Assembly: GCA_903859055.1 (NCBI GenBank)
Contig: CAIOLC010000102.1
Location: forward strand, 2,170-66,169
Origin: an uncultured Chlorobiaceae bacterium
GTDB taxonomy: Bacteria; Bacteroidota; Chlorobiia; Chlorobiales; Chlorobiaceae
Direction of reading: 5' to 3'
DNA length: 64,000 nucleotides
Shown here: positions 40,220 through 51,292 of the stretch, one piece after another
Position numbering within the stretch: the first letter of the stretch is position 1
Layout of the letters: each line of letters opens with the position of its first letter
The notes under the pieces: model-generated
Told to the model about the DNA's origin: nothing
Database searches by the model: none
The model's input: the letters and a program-made list of their open reading frames with translations, nothing else
Translations under genes and position numbers: made by a program

Positions 40220-42988
40220 CTATCCCGTCGTACGCAGCCCTCCCGAAATGGCATTGACGGTCAGGAACAGCTCCACCAGCAGATTTTCTGACTCCTCCGC
40301 TTTACCTGAATGCTGTAGCTCTCTCCATTGCCTGAGCAGTTTGATCTGCTGCAGGTGCAGCATCTCAAGCCCTTCACGTCGTGGGGCAATAAATTTGTTG
40401 ACATTGATGCGCTGGGTTTCAAGGGGCTTGGCAAAAAGCAGCTCAATAAATTTTTTTGTACGGTGATATTCAGCTTCAATCATGCAGAGGATGCGTTCCC
40501 TGGTACTTTCGTTGTTGACCAGAGAGGCGTATTGACGCATGATCTGCAGGTCGGCTGATGCCAGACTTGTATCTGCATTGCTGATAATGTAGCGGATTGG
40601 TGGCCAGGCGTAGCTCCGGTTACGGATCTCTTCGAAGGTTTCAGGGGTGTTGTCGTGGAGGTATTCCAGGGCACTGCCAACACCGTACCAGCCTGAAAGA
40701 GAGAAACGAGCCTGGTTCCAACTGAAGACCCAGGGGATGGCACGCAGGTCATCCAGATTGGCTTTTCCGCTTCTCCGGGAGGGGCGGGAGCCTATTCTGC
40801 TTGATTCTATAAGGTCAATAGGGGTGGCTTCACGGAAAAAGGTGAGAAACCCTTTCGCATTGATCAATTCACGGTAAGCCTTTCTGCTCTTTTCGGAGAG
40901 CAAATCCATGACGGGTTCAAGAGGGTGGGGTCGGTGTTCTCCACCATGTTGTTTGATCAGGGCTCCGGCAGCTCCTGCCATAAAAAGTTCAAGATTATAG
41001 ACGGCCGTGATGCGGTTTGCGTACTTCTGTGCAATGGTCTCTCCCTGCTCTGTTACGCATATTCCTGCTTTGAAGGAGCCGAATGGCTGCGCCTTGATAA
41101 AACGGTGGGTTGGTCCAGCTCCCCGGCTGATGCTTCCGCCTCTTCCGTGAAAAAAAAGAATCTCAGTATCACACTCTCTGCCCGCTTTGAGTAATGCCTC
41201 CTGCGCCCGGTAGAGAGTCCATGCGCTGGCAAAAATACCTCCATCCTTGTTGCTGTCGCTATACCCGATCATCACATTCTGTACTTTGTTCGCTCTGCCT
41301 GATTTATTTTTCTGCTCTTCAAGACTTCGCTGTGTGACGGGGTGGCTGAGAAACTCTTTGAGAATCTCAGCACTTTTCCTCAGATCTTCAATGGTTTCAA
41401 AGAGCGGCACAACTGGCAGGATACAGGCATCTCCTTGACCGGTCGGAGTCATCAATCCCACTTCGCGGGCAAAGAGGTAGACAGAGAGAAGGTCCGATGC
41501 ACTTCTGGTCATACTCACAATGAGGGATCCAACACCCTTGGTGCCATACTGCTTGCAGTGGTTCACCAAGACCTTGTAGCAGGCAAGCACCGCTTCCGCC
41601 TCAGCTCCCACGGTCATATCGGGATGAGTAAATGGTCGTGGTGAGTGTAGTTCATGATCAATAAAAGCTCTTCTGGCACTCTCATTCCACTCCAGAAAAT
41701 TGTTTCCGTCCATACCGGCAGTATTCATGAGCTGACAAATTGCACGTTCATGAATATGGCTGTTCTGACGAATATCCAGTTTACCGAGATGAAAGCCGAA
41801 GGTTTGTACAATTCGGTACACAGGCAGCACCTCGGCATCGGCAAGATGCTGAGCCCCGACGTTGAGCAGTGACTGGCGCAGAATCGAAAGGTCATCAAGC
41901 AGTTCATCAGCACTTTTGTAACGGCAGCTCTCATGATTCATCCTGACGTTTTCAAGGGCATCCATCTCAAAAGGGAGTGAGGCAATCATCAGGTTCAGGA
42001 ACTGTCGCCATGGCTCATGGCGGTTTCTCAAGAGAGCCTCAACACCCGCTTTCCCAAGTTTGTTGCTGAGAGTTGCAATGCGGCGGGCAAGTGGTTCTTC
42101 CGGTCTTTGCAGTCGCTGGGAGAGGCTTAATTTTGAGGCAAGCTCTGTAAGGTGACGCAAGGCAAGTTTCAGGGCATTACGGCGCATGTCGGCAAGAGTC
42201 TCTTCGGTAACCTCTGCGGTAACAAGTGGATGGCCGTCACGGTCTCCACCAACCCAACTGCCGAAGCTGAGCCTGGGCAACGAGTTGGGGGCGGAGAGCT
42301 TTCGGGTGTCAAATCCACTCTCCTGCCACGCTTGCAGCAGACGCTTGTCGAGCATGGGGAGCACCTCTGAAAAAATGTTGTGCAGGTAGTGAATCACATT
42401 TCTCCGTTCATCAGAGACATCAGGTTTTTCGTACAGGATCTCTCCTGTTCTCCAAAGTCGCTCCAGCACGACCTTTATCTCGTTTCGAATATCAAGCTGT
42501 TCGAGTGGTGTCCACATCTGGTTCTCTCGCTTGACGACAAGAAGATAGAGTTGACGATGCTGTTCAAGCACCGTCTTGCGTTTTGCTTCGGTGGGATGCG
42601 CGGTGAGCACCGCTTCGATAGAGACCCGGGGAAGCAGTTCGGATATTGTTGTTTCCGAAATCCCTAGTTCCCGGAAACGGAGAAGCGTTCTGCCCCAGAG
42701 TCCGGTGAGATGCGTCAGTCCATGTTCAGCTTCAAGGGCACGGCGATTCTGGGCAGCGGAGTTCTCCTCAGCCATGTTGAGAAGCTGAAAAAAAATGGAA
42801 AAGGCCTGAAGAGCGCGCTCGCTATCAGGATACTGTTCCAGAGGCTTTCCCGCATTCTGCCAGGGGAGATGGTCTGCCAGATCACTCTCTCCAAGGTCGC
42901 GGAGCACCTCCTGAAAGCAGTGAAGAAGAAACAGAAAATCGCGTTCAGCTTTTTCAAAATCAATGATACTGCTGGTGGTGGTGATCAT
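40220..42988 (-). CDS. ppc: Phosphoenolpyruvate carboxylase
   Basis: LTAHPTE, WVGGDRDG, VMIGYSDSNKDGG, FHGRGGSISRG, LRAIPWVFSW. Confidence 0.96.
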   Translation of the reverse strand: MITTTSSIIDFEKAERDFLFLLHCFQEVLRDLGESDLADHLPWQNAGKPLEQYPDSERALQAFSIFFQLLNMAEENSAAQNRRALEAEHGLTHLTGLWGRTLLRFRELGISETTISELLPRVSIEAVLTAHPTEAKRKTVLEQHRQLYLLVVKRENQMWTPLEQLDIRNEIKVVLERLWRTGEILYEKPDVSDERRNVIHYLHNIFSEVLPMLDKRLLQAWQESGFDTRKLSAPNSLPRLSFGSWVGGDRDGHPLVTAEVTEETLADMRRNALKLALRHLTELASKLSLSQRLQRPEEPLARRIATLSNKLGKAGVEALLRNRHEPWRQFLNLMIASLPFEMDALENVRMNHESCRYKSADELLDDLSILRQSLLNVGAQHLADAEVLPVYRIVQTFGFHLGKLDIRQNSHIHERAICQLMNTAGMDGNNFLEWNESARRAFIDHELHSPRPFTHPDMTVGAEAEAVLACYKVLVNHCKQYGTKGVGSLIVSMTRSASDLLSVYLFAREVGLMTPTGQGDACILPVVPLFETIEDLRKSAEILKEFLSHPVTQRSLEEQKNKSGRANKVQNVMIGYSDSNKDGGIFASAWTLYRAQEALLKAGRECDTEILFFHGRGGSISRGAGPTHRFIKAQPFGSFKAGICVTEQGETIAQKYANRITAVYNLELFMAGAAGALIKQHGGEHRPHPLEPVMDLLSEKSRKAYRELINAKGFLTFFREATPIDLIESSRIGSRPSRRSGKANLDDLRAIPWVFSWNQARFSLSGWYGVGSALEYLHDNTPETFEEIRNRSYAWPPIRYIISNADTSLASADLQIMRQYASLVNNESTRERILCMIEAEYHRTKKFIELLFAKPLETQRINVNKFIAPRREGLEMLHLQQIKLLRQWRELQHSGKAEESENLLVELFLTVNAISGGLRTTG

Positions 42989-43215
42989 AAGGTTATAAGG
43001 GTGCTTTTTGATAAATGCTGCATTTCCATTAGTATTCTAAAAAAACAAGGAAGTTACAAATGATGTTTTGTTATCGCGGTGCTTAGCGATTTAATTGATT
43101 CCCTGATGTAAAAGGGCATCTTTTTCAGAGTTTCTGTTTGTTGGCTTTACTATTTATGCTTATCTTTTCCTATAATTTTTGGGTTAAGCTGCTAACACCT
43201 AATTCACTACCTGTC

Positions 43216-43890
43216 ATGGACAACAAATCAAATGGAAAGCTTCTTGCTTTAGCAGCAGGTGGCGCTGTCTTAATGGGGTCGTTTTTTTTCGGGGTCTCTT
43301 TTTTCACCGGCTTTGAGGTTCCCGCCAAAAATTTCTCCAGCATTATAACGCCGTTAAAGTCTTTTGGCGGCTGGCTGACGTTAATCTGTTTTGCCTCTGC
43401 TGTTATCATGGGTCTTGGCAAAATGTCTTCCAGAATCAGCTCCAAATGGTTTTTAAGTTTTCCACTTTCGATTCTTGCTATTGTTGCAGTCATGTTTGGT
43501 TCGCTCTGGCTCGTACCGGGCGGAATACTTCGTTCCAATTCAGGGAGAGCCAATCTTGGACGCACGTCGATGATGGATGGTTCCTCAATCCGTTCTGTTG
43601 ACCAGTTAAAGGCATGGCTTGAAAAGCCGATTTTGTCTGCTAATGTTCCTGTTGCTCCTCCCGGCTTTGATTTTCCGGGTGCAAAAGCTCTCTGGACAGC
43701 CAAGTGCAATATCTGTCATTCGCAGCTTTCCACAATGGACGTGCTTAAAAGCAAGTATAAAAAGAGAGGCAAGATTGATGTGGTTGTCAAGTTGATGCAG
43801 GAAAAAGGCGGTGGCCCGTCAGGAATGATTAATAATGAGGATGCTACAAAAATCGAGCAGTTCCTGAACGAGGGGCTTGATAAATACTGA
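43216..43890 (+). CDS. pscC: Photosynthetic reaction-centre cytochrome c (cytochrome c-z / c551)
   Basis: MDNKSNGKLLALAAGGAVLMG N-terminus, three TM helices, KWFLSFPLS, GFDF, CNICH, VVKLMQ. Confidence 0.88.
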   Translation: MDNKSNGKLLALAAGGAVLMGSFFFGVSFFTGFEVPAKNFSSIITPLKSFGGWLTLICFASAVIMGLGKMSSRISSKWFLSFPLSILAIVAVMFGSLWLVPGGILRSNSGRANLGRTSMMDGSSIRSVDQLKAWLEKPILSANVPVAPPGFDFPGAKALWTAKCNICHSQLSTMDVLKSKYKKRGKIDVVVKLMQEKGGGPSGMINNEDATKIEQFLNEGLDKY

Positions 43891-43919
43891 TCAGCGTAGG
43901 TTTTTCTCCATACTGTTTC

Positions 43920-43952
43920 AAAAAGCCTCAGCGTTCCTCTCTGAGGCTTTTT
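43920..43952. terminator. Bidirectional terminator between pscC and queF
   Basis: AAAAAGCCTCAG-N9-CTGAGGCTTTTT. Confidence 0.85.
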
Positions 43953-43962
43953 GTTTTCAGCT

Positions 43963-44313
43963 TTACGATTTGGTGCTATAGTTGACGGTGACAGTCTCGG
44001 TAATTCCGCCCCGTGCTTTCCACTCAGTGACGACTGTCAGCGAGCGTGGATGAAGAAGTGCGGCAAGGTCGTCAAGGATTCTGTTGGTAATGTTTTCGTA
44101 AAAGATGCCGGCGTTACGGAATTCGAGAAAATAGTATTTCAGCGACTTCAGCTCGACGCAGCTTTTGTCAGGCACATAGCGGATGGTAATGGTGCCAAAG
44201 TCAGGAAGTCCGGTGATCGGGCAGACGGAGGTAAATTCCGGATTGACAATTTCGATGGTGTAGTCTCTGTCCGGGTAGGTATTGTCGAAGAGTTCAAGTA
44301 TCTCTTTTTTCAT
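43963..44313 (-). CDS. queF: preQ0 reductase, type I
   Basis: EFTSVCPITGLPDFG, ELKSLKYY, ARGG. Confidence 0.95.
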   Translation of the reverse strand: MKKEILELFDNTYPDRDYTIEIVNPEFTSVCPITGLPDFGTITIRYVPDKSCVELKSLKYYFLEFRNAGIFYENITNRILDDLAALLHPRSLTVVTEWKARGGITETVTVNYSTKS

Positions 44314-44447
44314 CGGGTATCGGGGTTTACTTTTGACGGGATGAGAGCTCTTGCGGGATGAAAGCTCATTTCGATGTAAAATAGAAATCCGTGGCGATTT
44401 TCGGTAACTTCGCTTTTGTTTTGTTCGGGTTTATTGAATGTAACGGT

Positions 44448-45155
44448 ATGGCAATGATGCAGGTATCACAGGAGAGTGCGAGTTCCGAACTCCCTTTGCT
44501 CTACAAGGAGCTGGCGGCTGAGTACGATTTGGCCGAGACCCGCTATACTTTTGGCGGGCAAGCGTTTACTTTTCTAAGTGTGCTCGATAGCTATGCACTT
44601 CTTGACCGTATATCGCCAGAGGAGTTTATCAAGGATGAGCAGATGCCCTACTGGGCGGAAATATGGCCATCGGCGATAACGCTCTCCTCATTTATTGCCG
44701 ATGAGCTTCAGCTTGAAGGGCTTCGCGTGGTTGAGATAGGCGCTGGCGTTGGAATGGCTTCGACTGTTGCTGCAAGGAAAGGGGCGGCTGTTCTGGCTAC
44801 AGACTACTCTCTTGAAGCGCTTCGTTTTGCCCGTTACAATGGTCTGAAAAACAGGGTAGCCCTCTCCTGCGAGAGGCTCGACTGGCGTCTGGTGCAGTGC
44901 AGTGAACAGTTTGACCTCTTGTTTGCAGCCGATGTGCTGTATGAGAGGGTGAATCTGCTTCCCATTGTAACGGCGATTGACAAGTTGCTTGCACCTGGAG
45001 GTGTCGCCTACATTGCTGATCCACGTAGAAGAATGGCAGAACAGTTTCTGGAGCTGGCAGCCGAAAATAATTTTTCGATAACCTCGTTCCCGAAAAAATA
45101 TTCTGGAGGCACTGTGCCAGTCTCCGTGAACATCTACAAGATGAGCAGAAGATGA
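44448..45155 (+). CDS. Class I SAM methyltransferase (Methyltransf_16 / METTL21-like)
   Basis: PYWAEIWPSA, EIGAGVG, ATDYS, LDW, AADVLYE. Confidence 0.85.
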   Translation: MAMMQVSQESASSELPLLYKELAAEYDLAETRYTFGGQAFTFLSVLDSYALLDRISPEEFIKDEQMPYWAEIWPSAITLSSFIADELQLEGLRVVEIGAGVGMASTVAARKGAAVLATDYSLEALRFARYNGLKNRVALSCERLDWRLVQCSEQFDLLFAADVLYERVNLLPIVTAIDKLLAPGGVAYIADPRRRMAEQFLELAAENNFSITSFPKKYSGGTVPVSVNIYKMSRR

Positions 45156-46015
45156 ACAATCACCGGGAGCAGCTCGCGGTTCGCTGGCGTTATCATGCAG
45201 GCCATGGTGCCCTGGTGTGGCAGATGATGTTTACTGAAACAGGTGATCTCATCGGCCAGAAGCGCTTTACGGCCACCAGGAAGGCTCTTTTTTTCGGGAT
45301 AGAAACCTCGACAGGCCACCTGTTTCGCGATAACTATCTGTTAATGGATCATCTTCATCCTCTGCCTGCTGGTGAGGGGTGGTTTACCGGAATTGAAACG
45401 GTTAGGGGCGCGCTTGTTTACTGCTATGCCTGTCAGCCATACAGCCCTGAACACCAGGGGGTATGGGCGCTTGATGTAAGGGCAGGAGAGGTGGTCTGGT
45501 CACGTTCGGATATCTCGTTTATCGCCAATCTTGGAGATGAGTTTCTCGTCTGTCGAACCTCGCTTTTTAACGGATTTCCGGAGCGGGAGTTTTTGCTCAT
45601 TGACCCGATGAGTGGCACCGTGGTCAGCAACGCAGCTCTTGAGAGTCATCAAGTTCATGCCATCAGGGAGAATGTTCTGCCGGAAGAGGAGCGGCAGCAG
45701 ATTATTTTACCAAAGTTTGTTTTGGAAGGTATGCCGGAAGAGCAGCTTGCCCTGCAGAGAGTTGGTGTTGCTGATACCAGTCGATGTGAGTGTATCGTTC
45801 ATTGTTCCGTAACGGTTGCAGCATTGCACGAACTGTCAATCTCGACAGGAGTCTGGCGATCTACTCTTGCCGTCTGGCGAATGGATGGTCTGGTTTATGA
45901 GGAGTGTATGGAGGATGTGGCAGACAAACCCTGCCTGAACAATTTTCTGATCCAGGGTGATCATTTATATTATCTTAAGGGAAAAGAGGAACTGGTCTGC
46001 GTAGTGCTCTCGTGA
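45152..46015 (+). CDS. Conserved hypothetical protein (DUF4905-like)
   Basis: 287-aa ORF overlapping both neighbours by 4 bp; family named from recall only. Confidence 0.65.
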   Translation: MNNHREQLAVRWRYHAGHGALVWQMMFTETGDLIGQKRFTATRKALFFGIETSTGHLFRDNYLLMDHLHPLPAGEGWFTGIETVRGALVYCYACQPYSPEHQGVWALDVRAGEVVWSRSDISFIANLGDEFLVCRTSLFNGFPEREFLLIDPMSGTVVSNAALESHQVHAIRENVLPEEERQQIILPKFVLEGMPEEQLALQRVGVADTSRCECIVHCSVTVAALHELSISTGVWRSTLAVWRMDGLVYEECMEDVADKPCLNNFLIQGDHLYYLKGKEELVCVVLS

Positions 46016-47022
46016 ACGATTCTGCGATATTATTGCTGCCAGCCGTATTTAAGGGTGCATCCCTTCCAGTGGCTGGCTTTCTTGAGCATCTCATAAGCCG
46101 CAGAAATTTGTCGATGCATACGGCTCTTGCCTACAGAACTGATCTGGTTCAGTTTTTCTCTTTTCTGGTGAACCATTTTCAGCTTGACGATCTTGTCACC
46201 CTTGACCCCGGAGAGATCACGGCGGTTGATGTCAGGCTTTTTATGGCCTCCTTGATGCAGAGGGGAGTGCAGCCGCGATCAATTGCCAGAAAACTTGCTG
46301 CAGTGAAAAGCTTTTATCGATACATGAAGGATATCGGCTTTGTCAAAAACTCTCTCTTCTCCTCCCTTGTCACTCCCGGATACCCGCATCGGGTACCTGC
46401 ATTTTTAACTGAGCAGCAGACCAAAAAGCTCTTTGACAAGCTCTCTTCCTCCAGTTTTTCAGAGCTTCCAACGAGGGGGGAGATCACCCTCGAGGCCTCT
46501 TTTGTGCGTGAACGCGACAGGAGTATTCTTGAACTGTTGTATGGCAGCGGGCTTCGTCTCTCTGAACTGACAGAGCTGACGATGGAATGCCTCGATCTTG
46601 AGAGGGGATTTGTCAAATTAACAGGGAAAGGGAGAAAACAGAGAATTGTTCCAGTCGGGCAACCGACCATCGATGCGGTTAAAAAATATTTTGAAGTCAG
46701 GCGAAACTTCTTTAGAATACGAGAAGAGGGGGAGGCGGGGGTGCCGCTTTATGTTTTTGTAACCAAAAGAGGCAAAAAGCTTTATCCCATGCTTATCCAG
46801 AGATTGACCAGAAAATATCTTGCCGGTGTTACTGAGCAGAACAAGAAAAATCCTCATTTGCTTCGCCACTCGTTTGCCACGCATCTGTTGAACAGCGGGG
46901 CTGACCTCAAGAGTGTCAGTGAAATGCTTGGACACAGTAATCTGTCAACAACTGAAATCTATACTCATGTTACTTTTGATCGCCTGAAGGAGGTTTACCT
47001 CAGGGCGCATCCCAACGCATAA
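46012..47022 (+). CDS. xerC: Tyrosine recombinase XerC/XerD
   Basis: [34 protein letters not shown]...TTEIYTH. Confidence 0.9.
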   Translation: MNDSAILLLPAVFKGASLPVAGFLEHLISRRNLSMHTALAYRTDLVQFFSFLVNHFQLDDLVTLDPGEITAVDVRLFMASLMQRGVQPRSIARKLAAVKSFYRYMKDIGFVKNSLFSSLVTPGYPHRVPAFLTEQQTKKLFDKLSSSSFSELPTRGEITLEASFVRERDRSILELLYGSGLRLSELTELTMECLDLERGFVKLTGKGRKQRIVPVGQPTIDAVKKYFEVRRNFFRIREEGEAGVPLYVFVTKRGKKLYPMLIQRLTRKYLAGVTEQNKKNPHLLRHSFATHLLNSGADLKSVSEMLGHSNLSTTEIYTHVTFDRLKEVYLRAHPNA

Positions 47023-47103
47023 ATCTACTGTGGGCTCTGGATATACTCTTGACCCGGGGTCTTGTTCCTTCATTACGTTCACCTTATTTCAACGGAGGTT
47101 TTT

Positions 47104-47424
47104 ATGACAAAAGTTGTAGCCAATGATGTGGTTAAAGTGACAGTGACGCTTCGCCATTCCAACAATCACAGTGCCATAGAGGAGTATGCGCGCAATGCAG
47201 TGCTTGCTCTGACAAGAGTCTTTCCGGGTATTATCAGTTGTCATGTTATTTTGGATCATCAAAAAAATGACTTTGAAAAGAACAAGCTTGCCGAAATAAC
47301 GGTCCATGTGCCACAGAATGTTTTTGTGGCAAAAGAGGCTGGCACCGCCTATGAGCAGACGATTGACACTTGTGTTGAAGCACTGAATCGTCAGCTTCTG
47401 AGGCACAAGGAAAAAATGCAATGA
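47104..47424 (+). CDS. hpf: Ribosome hibernation factor (HPF/RaiA)
   Basis: TLRHS...IEEYA, AEITVHVP, position between xerC and hprK. Confidence 0.8.
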   Translation: MTKVVANDVVKVTVTLRHSNNHSAIEEYARNAVLALTRVFPGIISCHVILDHQKNDFEKNKLAEITVHVPQNVFVAKEAGTAYEQTIDTCVEALNRQLLRHKEKMQ

Positions 47425-47511
47425 TGGCATGATGAGGCGAACTGCGGGGCGCAATGGGTAAAGCCTCGCAGTTTTTCTTTCCGTTTTATTAACATATCGA
47501 TTGCTGAAGCC

Positions 47512-48504
47512 ATGAATTTTGATCAAAAAGGGTTAAAAAAGCGATCAATTACGGTTACTGAATTTTTTGACACGATTGGAGATAAGTACGACATAAAACT
47601 GAAGCGCCTCAATAGCGTTGATGAGAGCAGTCGGCAAATATTTGAGCGTGATCTTCATCGCCCCGGACTGGCTCTTGCTGGTTTTACCAATCTTTTTACC
47701 TTCAAACGGGTACAGATTCTCGGCAACACTGAGACACGATTTTTATATAATCTTGATGAACCGTCCAAAATCAGGGCGTTTGAAAATCTGGTGCGCTTCA
47801 AAATTCCCTGCATTATTCTGACCAGTAATAACAAGCTTTCGCCTGTTTTGCTTGATATGGCTACCATGGCGGGGATTCCTGTATACAGTACCAGATGCTC
47901 CTCTACCAAAGCCATCTATAATGTCACCGATTTTCTTGATGACCATTTTTCGCTTTATCTGCAGTATCATGGTTCAATGGTTGACGTCTACGGTGTTGGT
48001 GTTTTGCTGACCGGGAAAAGTGGGCTTGGGAAATCCGAAATTGCTCTTGATCTCATAGAGCGCGGCCATGGACTTGTTGCCGATGATGTGGTTGTTATTC
48101 GCCGGAAAGGGGAGTCGATGGCACTCTCGGCAAAAAGAAACACTATCATCGACCATTTTATGGAGATTCGGGGTCTTGGAGTGGTCGATGTGAAGGCCAA
48201 TTTTGGTATCAGAGCAATCCGTGAGGTCAAGGAGGTACAGGTTGTTGTTGAGCTGCTGGAGTGGAACAAGGAGATTGTTTATGAACGACTGGGCCTGGAT
48301 CTCAAGTCTACCAGGATTCTTGGGGTAGAGGTTCCACAGGTAGAGCTGCCAATTTTCCCCGGTAAAAATATTACTGTTATCATTGAAGTTGTTGCTCTCA
48401 ATTTTCTTTTGAAGCGATACTCCAATTATGTTGCTGCCGAAGCTCTGACCAAAAGGATAAATAGCGTGATAAACAGCGAAAAAATAGAGGATGATCATGA
48501 TTGA
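47512..48504 (+). CDS. hprK: HPr(Ser) kinase/phosphatase
   Basis: DLHRPGLALAG, HGSMVDVYGVGVLLTGKSGLGKSE, LVADD, MEIRGLG. Confidence 0.96.
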   Translation: MNFDQKGLKKRSITVTEFFDTIGDKYDIKLKRLNSVDESSRQIFERDLHRPGLALAGFTNLFTFKRVQILGNTETRFLYNLDEPSKIRAFENLVRFKIPCIILTSNNKLSPVLLDMATMAGIPVYSTRCSSTKAIYNVTDFLDDHFSLYLQYHGSMVDVYGVGVLLTGKSGLGKSEIALDLIERGHGLVADDVVVIRRKGESMALSAKRNTIIDHFMEIRGLGVVDVKANFGIRAIREVKEVQVVVELLEWNKEIVYERLGLDLKSTRILGVEVPQVELPIFPGKNITVIIEVVALNFLLKRYSNYVAAEALTKRINSVINSEKIEDDHD

Positions 48505-50287
48505 GGTGAGCAAGTGGTTTTCCCCGGGAGGCAGGTCGATGTACAGCCTGTTTCTGCTTATGGTTTTGCTGGTGCTCACCTCCTGTGGCGGGAAGAGTGG
48601 TGGAGACAACAGGGCACGCACCGCGATGGACTCCACGCTTGTTATTGCCATGCTTGGCGATGCCGATTATTTGAATCCCGTGCTTGGGAGCACCGTGACA
48701 TCAAGCAATATCATCGGCCTTATCTATCCATCGCTTTTGCAGAGTGAGTTTGATACCGAAACGGGACTGATGAACTATATTGCCCTTGAAAAAAAACTTC
48801 GGACAACAACATCGGGGCAGGCGCAGAAAACGCCAAAGGGTTCAATTGCAAGGAGTTGGAGTTTCTCAGCCGATCATAAAACGCTCACCTACACGCTCAG
48901 AAACGATGCCTTCTGGAACGATGGCGAGCCTGTCGTATCGGGTGATTTCAAGTTTACCTACAGGTTGTACGGTAATCCTGTTGTTGCCAGTGCCCGTCAG
49001 CAGTATCTTGCTGAGCTTGTCGGTGCCGACAAAGGTCAGGTTGATTTCGACAAAGCCATAGAAACACCCAATCCGACGACACTGGTGTTCAGGTTTTACA
49101 AACCGGTGCCGGAGCATCTTGCACTTTTTCATACTTCGCTGACTCCCCTTCCTGCACATCGCTGGAAAAATGTGAAGCCGGTTGATTTTCGCAATGCACC
49201 TCTCAATACGGCGCCGCTTGGGGCTGGTCCTTACCAATTAAAGAGCTGGAAACAGCAGCAGGAGCTGGTTCTTGCTTCAAGCCCAAAGTCAACTCTTCCC
49301 AAGCCGGGAAATATTCCGCTGATCACCTTCAGGGTTGTGCCCGATTACACGGTGCGCCTGACGCAGCTTCAGACCGGCGCAGTGGATGTGGTTGAAAACA
49401 TCAAGCCCGAAGATTTTACTGCTCTCTTAAAAGCGAACAGAGAGATTGAAGTCAAAACGGTTGGTCTGAGGGTGTACGATTATGTCGGTTGGTCCAATAT
49501 CGATCAGAAAGAGTATCACAAAAGTGGTAAAGTGATTCCCCATCCCCTTTTCGGCTCTGCCAGGGTGCGTCTTGCCCTCACGTGCGCCATTGATCGTGAG
49601 TCGATTATTGACGGTTATCTCAAAGAGTATGGGGTGATCTGTAATACTGACATCTCTCCATCACTGAAATGGGCTTATAACGCCCGGATTACTTCCCATG
49701 GATTTGACCCTGCCAAAGCGACAGCCCTGCTCAAGGCAGAGGGGTGGCTTCCTGGAGCCGATGGCATTCTGCAAAAACAGGGCAGAAGGTTCAGCTTTGT
49801 GCTTTATACCAATTCGGGCAATGCCCGGAGAAACTATGCGAGTGTTATTATTCAGCAGAATCTGCGTTCAATCGGCATTGACTGCAAGCTTGATGTCCAG
49901 GAGTCCAATGTCTTTTTTGAAAACCTTCATCAGCGCAAGCTTGACGCGTGGATGGCTGGCTGGGCGATAGGGCTGGAGATCGATCCCCTTGATGTTTGGG
50001 GTTCCGATCTCAACAAAAGCCGTTTTAACTTTACCGGTTATCAAAATCCACGGCTTGATCAACTCTGTGGGCTGGCAAAGCAGAAGATGGAGCCAACCGG
50101 AGCAAAAGCTTACTGGCTGGAGTATCAGGAGATTCTTCATCGCGATCAGCCGGTAACGTTCCTCTATTGGATGAAGGAGACCCAGGGGTTCAGCAAGAGA
50201 ATTGAGGGAGAGGAGCTTAATATCGCAGGCTCTTTTTATAATATTGATGACTGGAGGCTGCGCCCTTCAGCCAACATTGCGCAGTAA
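48491..50287 (+). CDS. Peptide/nickel ABC transporter substrate-binding lipoprotein (family 5)
   Basis: Lipobox LTSC, LNPV, FWNDGEPV..GDFKFT, GAGPY, RLALTCAIDR. Confidence 0.9.
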   Translation: MIMIEVSKWFSPGGRSMYSLFLLMVLLVLTSCGGKSGGDNRARTAMDSTLVIAMLGDADYLNPVLGSTVTSSNIIGLIYPSLLQSEFDTETGLMNYIALEKKLRTTTSGQAQKTPKGSIARSWSFSADHKTLTYTLRNDAFWNDGEPVVSGDFKFTYRLYGNPVVASARQQYLAELVGADKGQVDFDKAIETPNPTTLVFRFYKPVPEHLALFHTSLTPLPAHRWKNVKPVDFRNAPLNTAPLGAGPYQLKSWKQQQELVLASSPKSTLPKPGNIPLITFRVVPDYTVRLTQLQTGAVDVVENIKPEDFTALLKANREIEVKTVGLRVYDYVGWSNIDQKEYHKSGKVIPHPLFGSARVRLALTCAIDRESIIDGYLKEYGVICNTDISPSLKWAYNARITSHGFDPAKATALLKAEGWLPGADGILQKQGRRFSFVLYTNSGNARRNYASVIIQQNLRSIGIDCKLDVQESNVFFENLHQRKLDAWMAGWAIGLEIDPLDVWGSDLNKSRFNFTGYQNPRLDQLCGLAKQKMEPTGAKAYWLEYQEILHRDQPVTFLYWMKETQGFSKRIEGEELNIAGSFYNIDDWRLRPSANIAQ

Positions 50288-50293
50288 AATGTT

Positions 50294-51259
50294 ATGCTGA
50301 GATATATTTTTAAACGGTTACTGATTGCCATACCACTGATTTTCGGGGTGTTGACTCTCACCTTTTTTATCATCCGGCTTGCTCCGGGTGATCCGGCAGC
50401 TTTTTTTATTCAGCCGGGGATAAGCCCCAATGTTGCCGAGCAGATCAGGGCGCAGTATGGGCTTAATGATCCGCTGCCGGTTCAGTATGTCAAGTGGCTT
50501 GGCAATGTACTGCAAGGGGATTTCGGGCGCAGTTTCAGCCGATCACAGCAGCCAGTTATTGAGGTGATTGCCAGTGCTTTGCCGATCACCATGACCATTG
50601 CCTTGCTGACCCTTGTTGCCAATTTTGCCTTTGGTATTCTTATTGGCATTATCTCTGCGGTTCGCCAGAACAGCTTTCTTGACCGTTTTCTGACAGTGAC
50701 AGCACTCTTTTTTTATTCGATGCCGGAGTTCTGGTTTGCCTTGATGATGATCATTCTTTTTGCCCTGAAGTTTCCCCTTTTTCCAACATCAGGGCTGAAC
50801 GAGATTGGGGCGGAGGGCTTTGGCCCTGTGGGTTTTGTGATCGACCGAATATGGCACTTGGTGTTACCGGTGACTGTGCTCAGTATTAACGGGGCGGCAG
50901 GTATTGCCCGTTATGTCAGGGGAAGTATGCTTGAGGTTATCCGGCAGGACTATATCCGTACGGCAAGGGCAAAGGGTTTGCCAGAAAATCTGGTGATTTT
51001 CCGTCACGCGCTTCGAAACGCACTGCTTCCCGTGATAACCATTATGGGAAGTTCTCTACCCTTTATTTTCAGCGGAGCCCTGTTTATTGAGGTTATTTTT
51101 GCCTTTCCCGGGATGGGAAGGGTAACGGTGGAAGCTATTTTTTCAAGGGATTATCCCCTCATTATTGCCAACACCTTTATCTCAGGTTCACTGATTGTGC
51201 TTGGTAATCTTTTTGCAGATGTGCTCTATGCTGTTGCTGATCCAAGAATAAAACTCTGA
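50294..51259 (+). CDS. Peptide ABC transporter permease (DppB/OppB type)
   Basis: LAPGDPA, GDFGRS, HLVLP, DYIRTARAKG, RHALRNAL, FAFPGMG. Confidence 0.93.
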   Translation: MLRYIFKRLLIAIPLIFGVLTLTFFIIRLAPGDPAAFFIQPGISPNVAEQIRAQYGLNDPLPVQYVKWLGNVLQGDFGRSFSRSQQPVIEVIASALPITMTIALLTLVANFAFGILIGIISAVRQNSFLDRFLTVTALFFYSMPEFWFALMMIILFALKFPLFPTSGLNEIGAEGFGPVGFVIDRIWHLVLPVTVLSINGAAGIARYVRGSMLEVIRQDYIRTARAKGLPENLVIFRHALRNALLPVITIMGSSLPFIFSGALFIEVIFAFPGMGRVTVEAIFSRDYPLIIANTFISGSLIVLGNLFADVLYAVADPRIKL

Positions 51260-51292
51260 ACGCCCGTTTTTAATCTGTAACCTCTTGTCTGT

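Noticed and set aside
46012-47022. Integrase of a mobile element
   Set aside because: Xer-type sequence in the housekeeping xerC-hpf-hprK context, with no att-like repeats or cargo genes.
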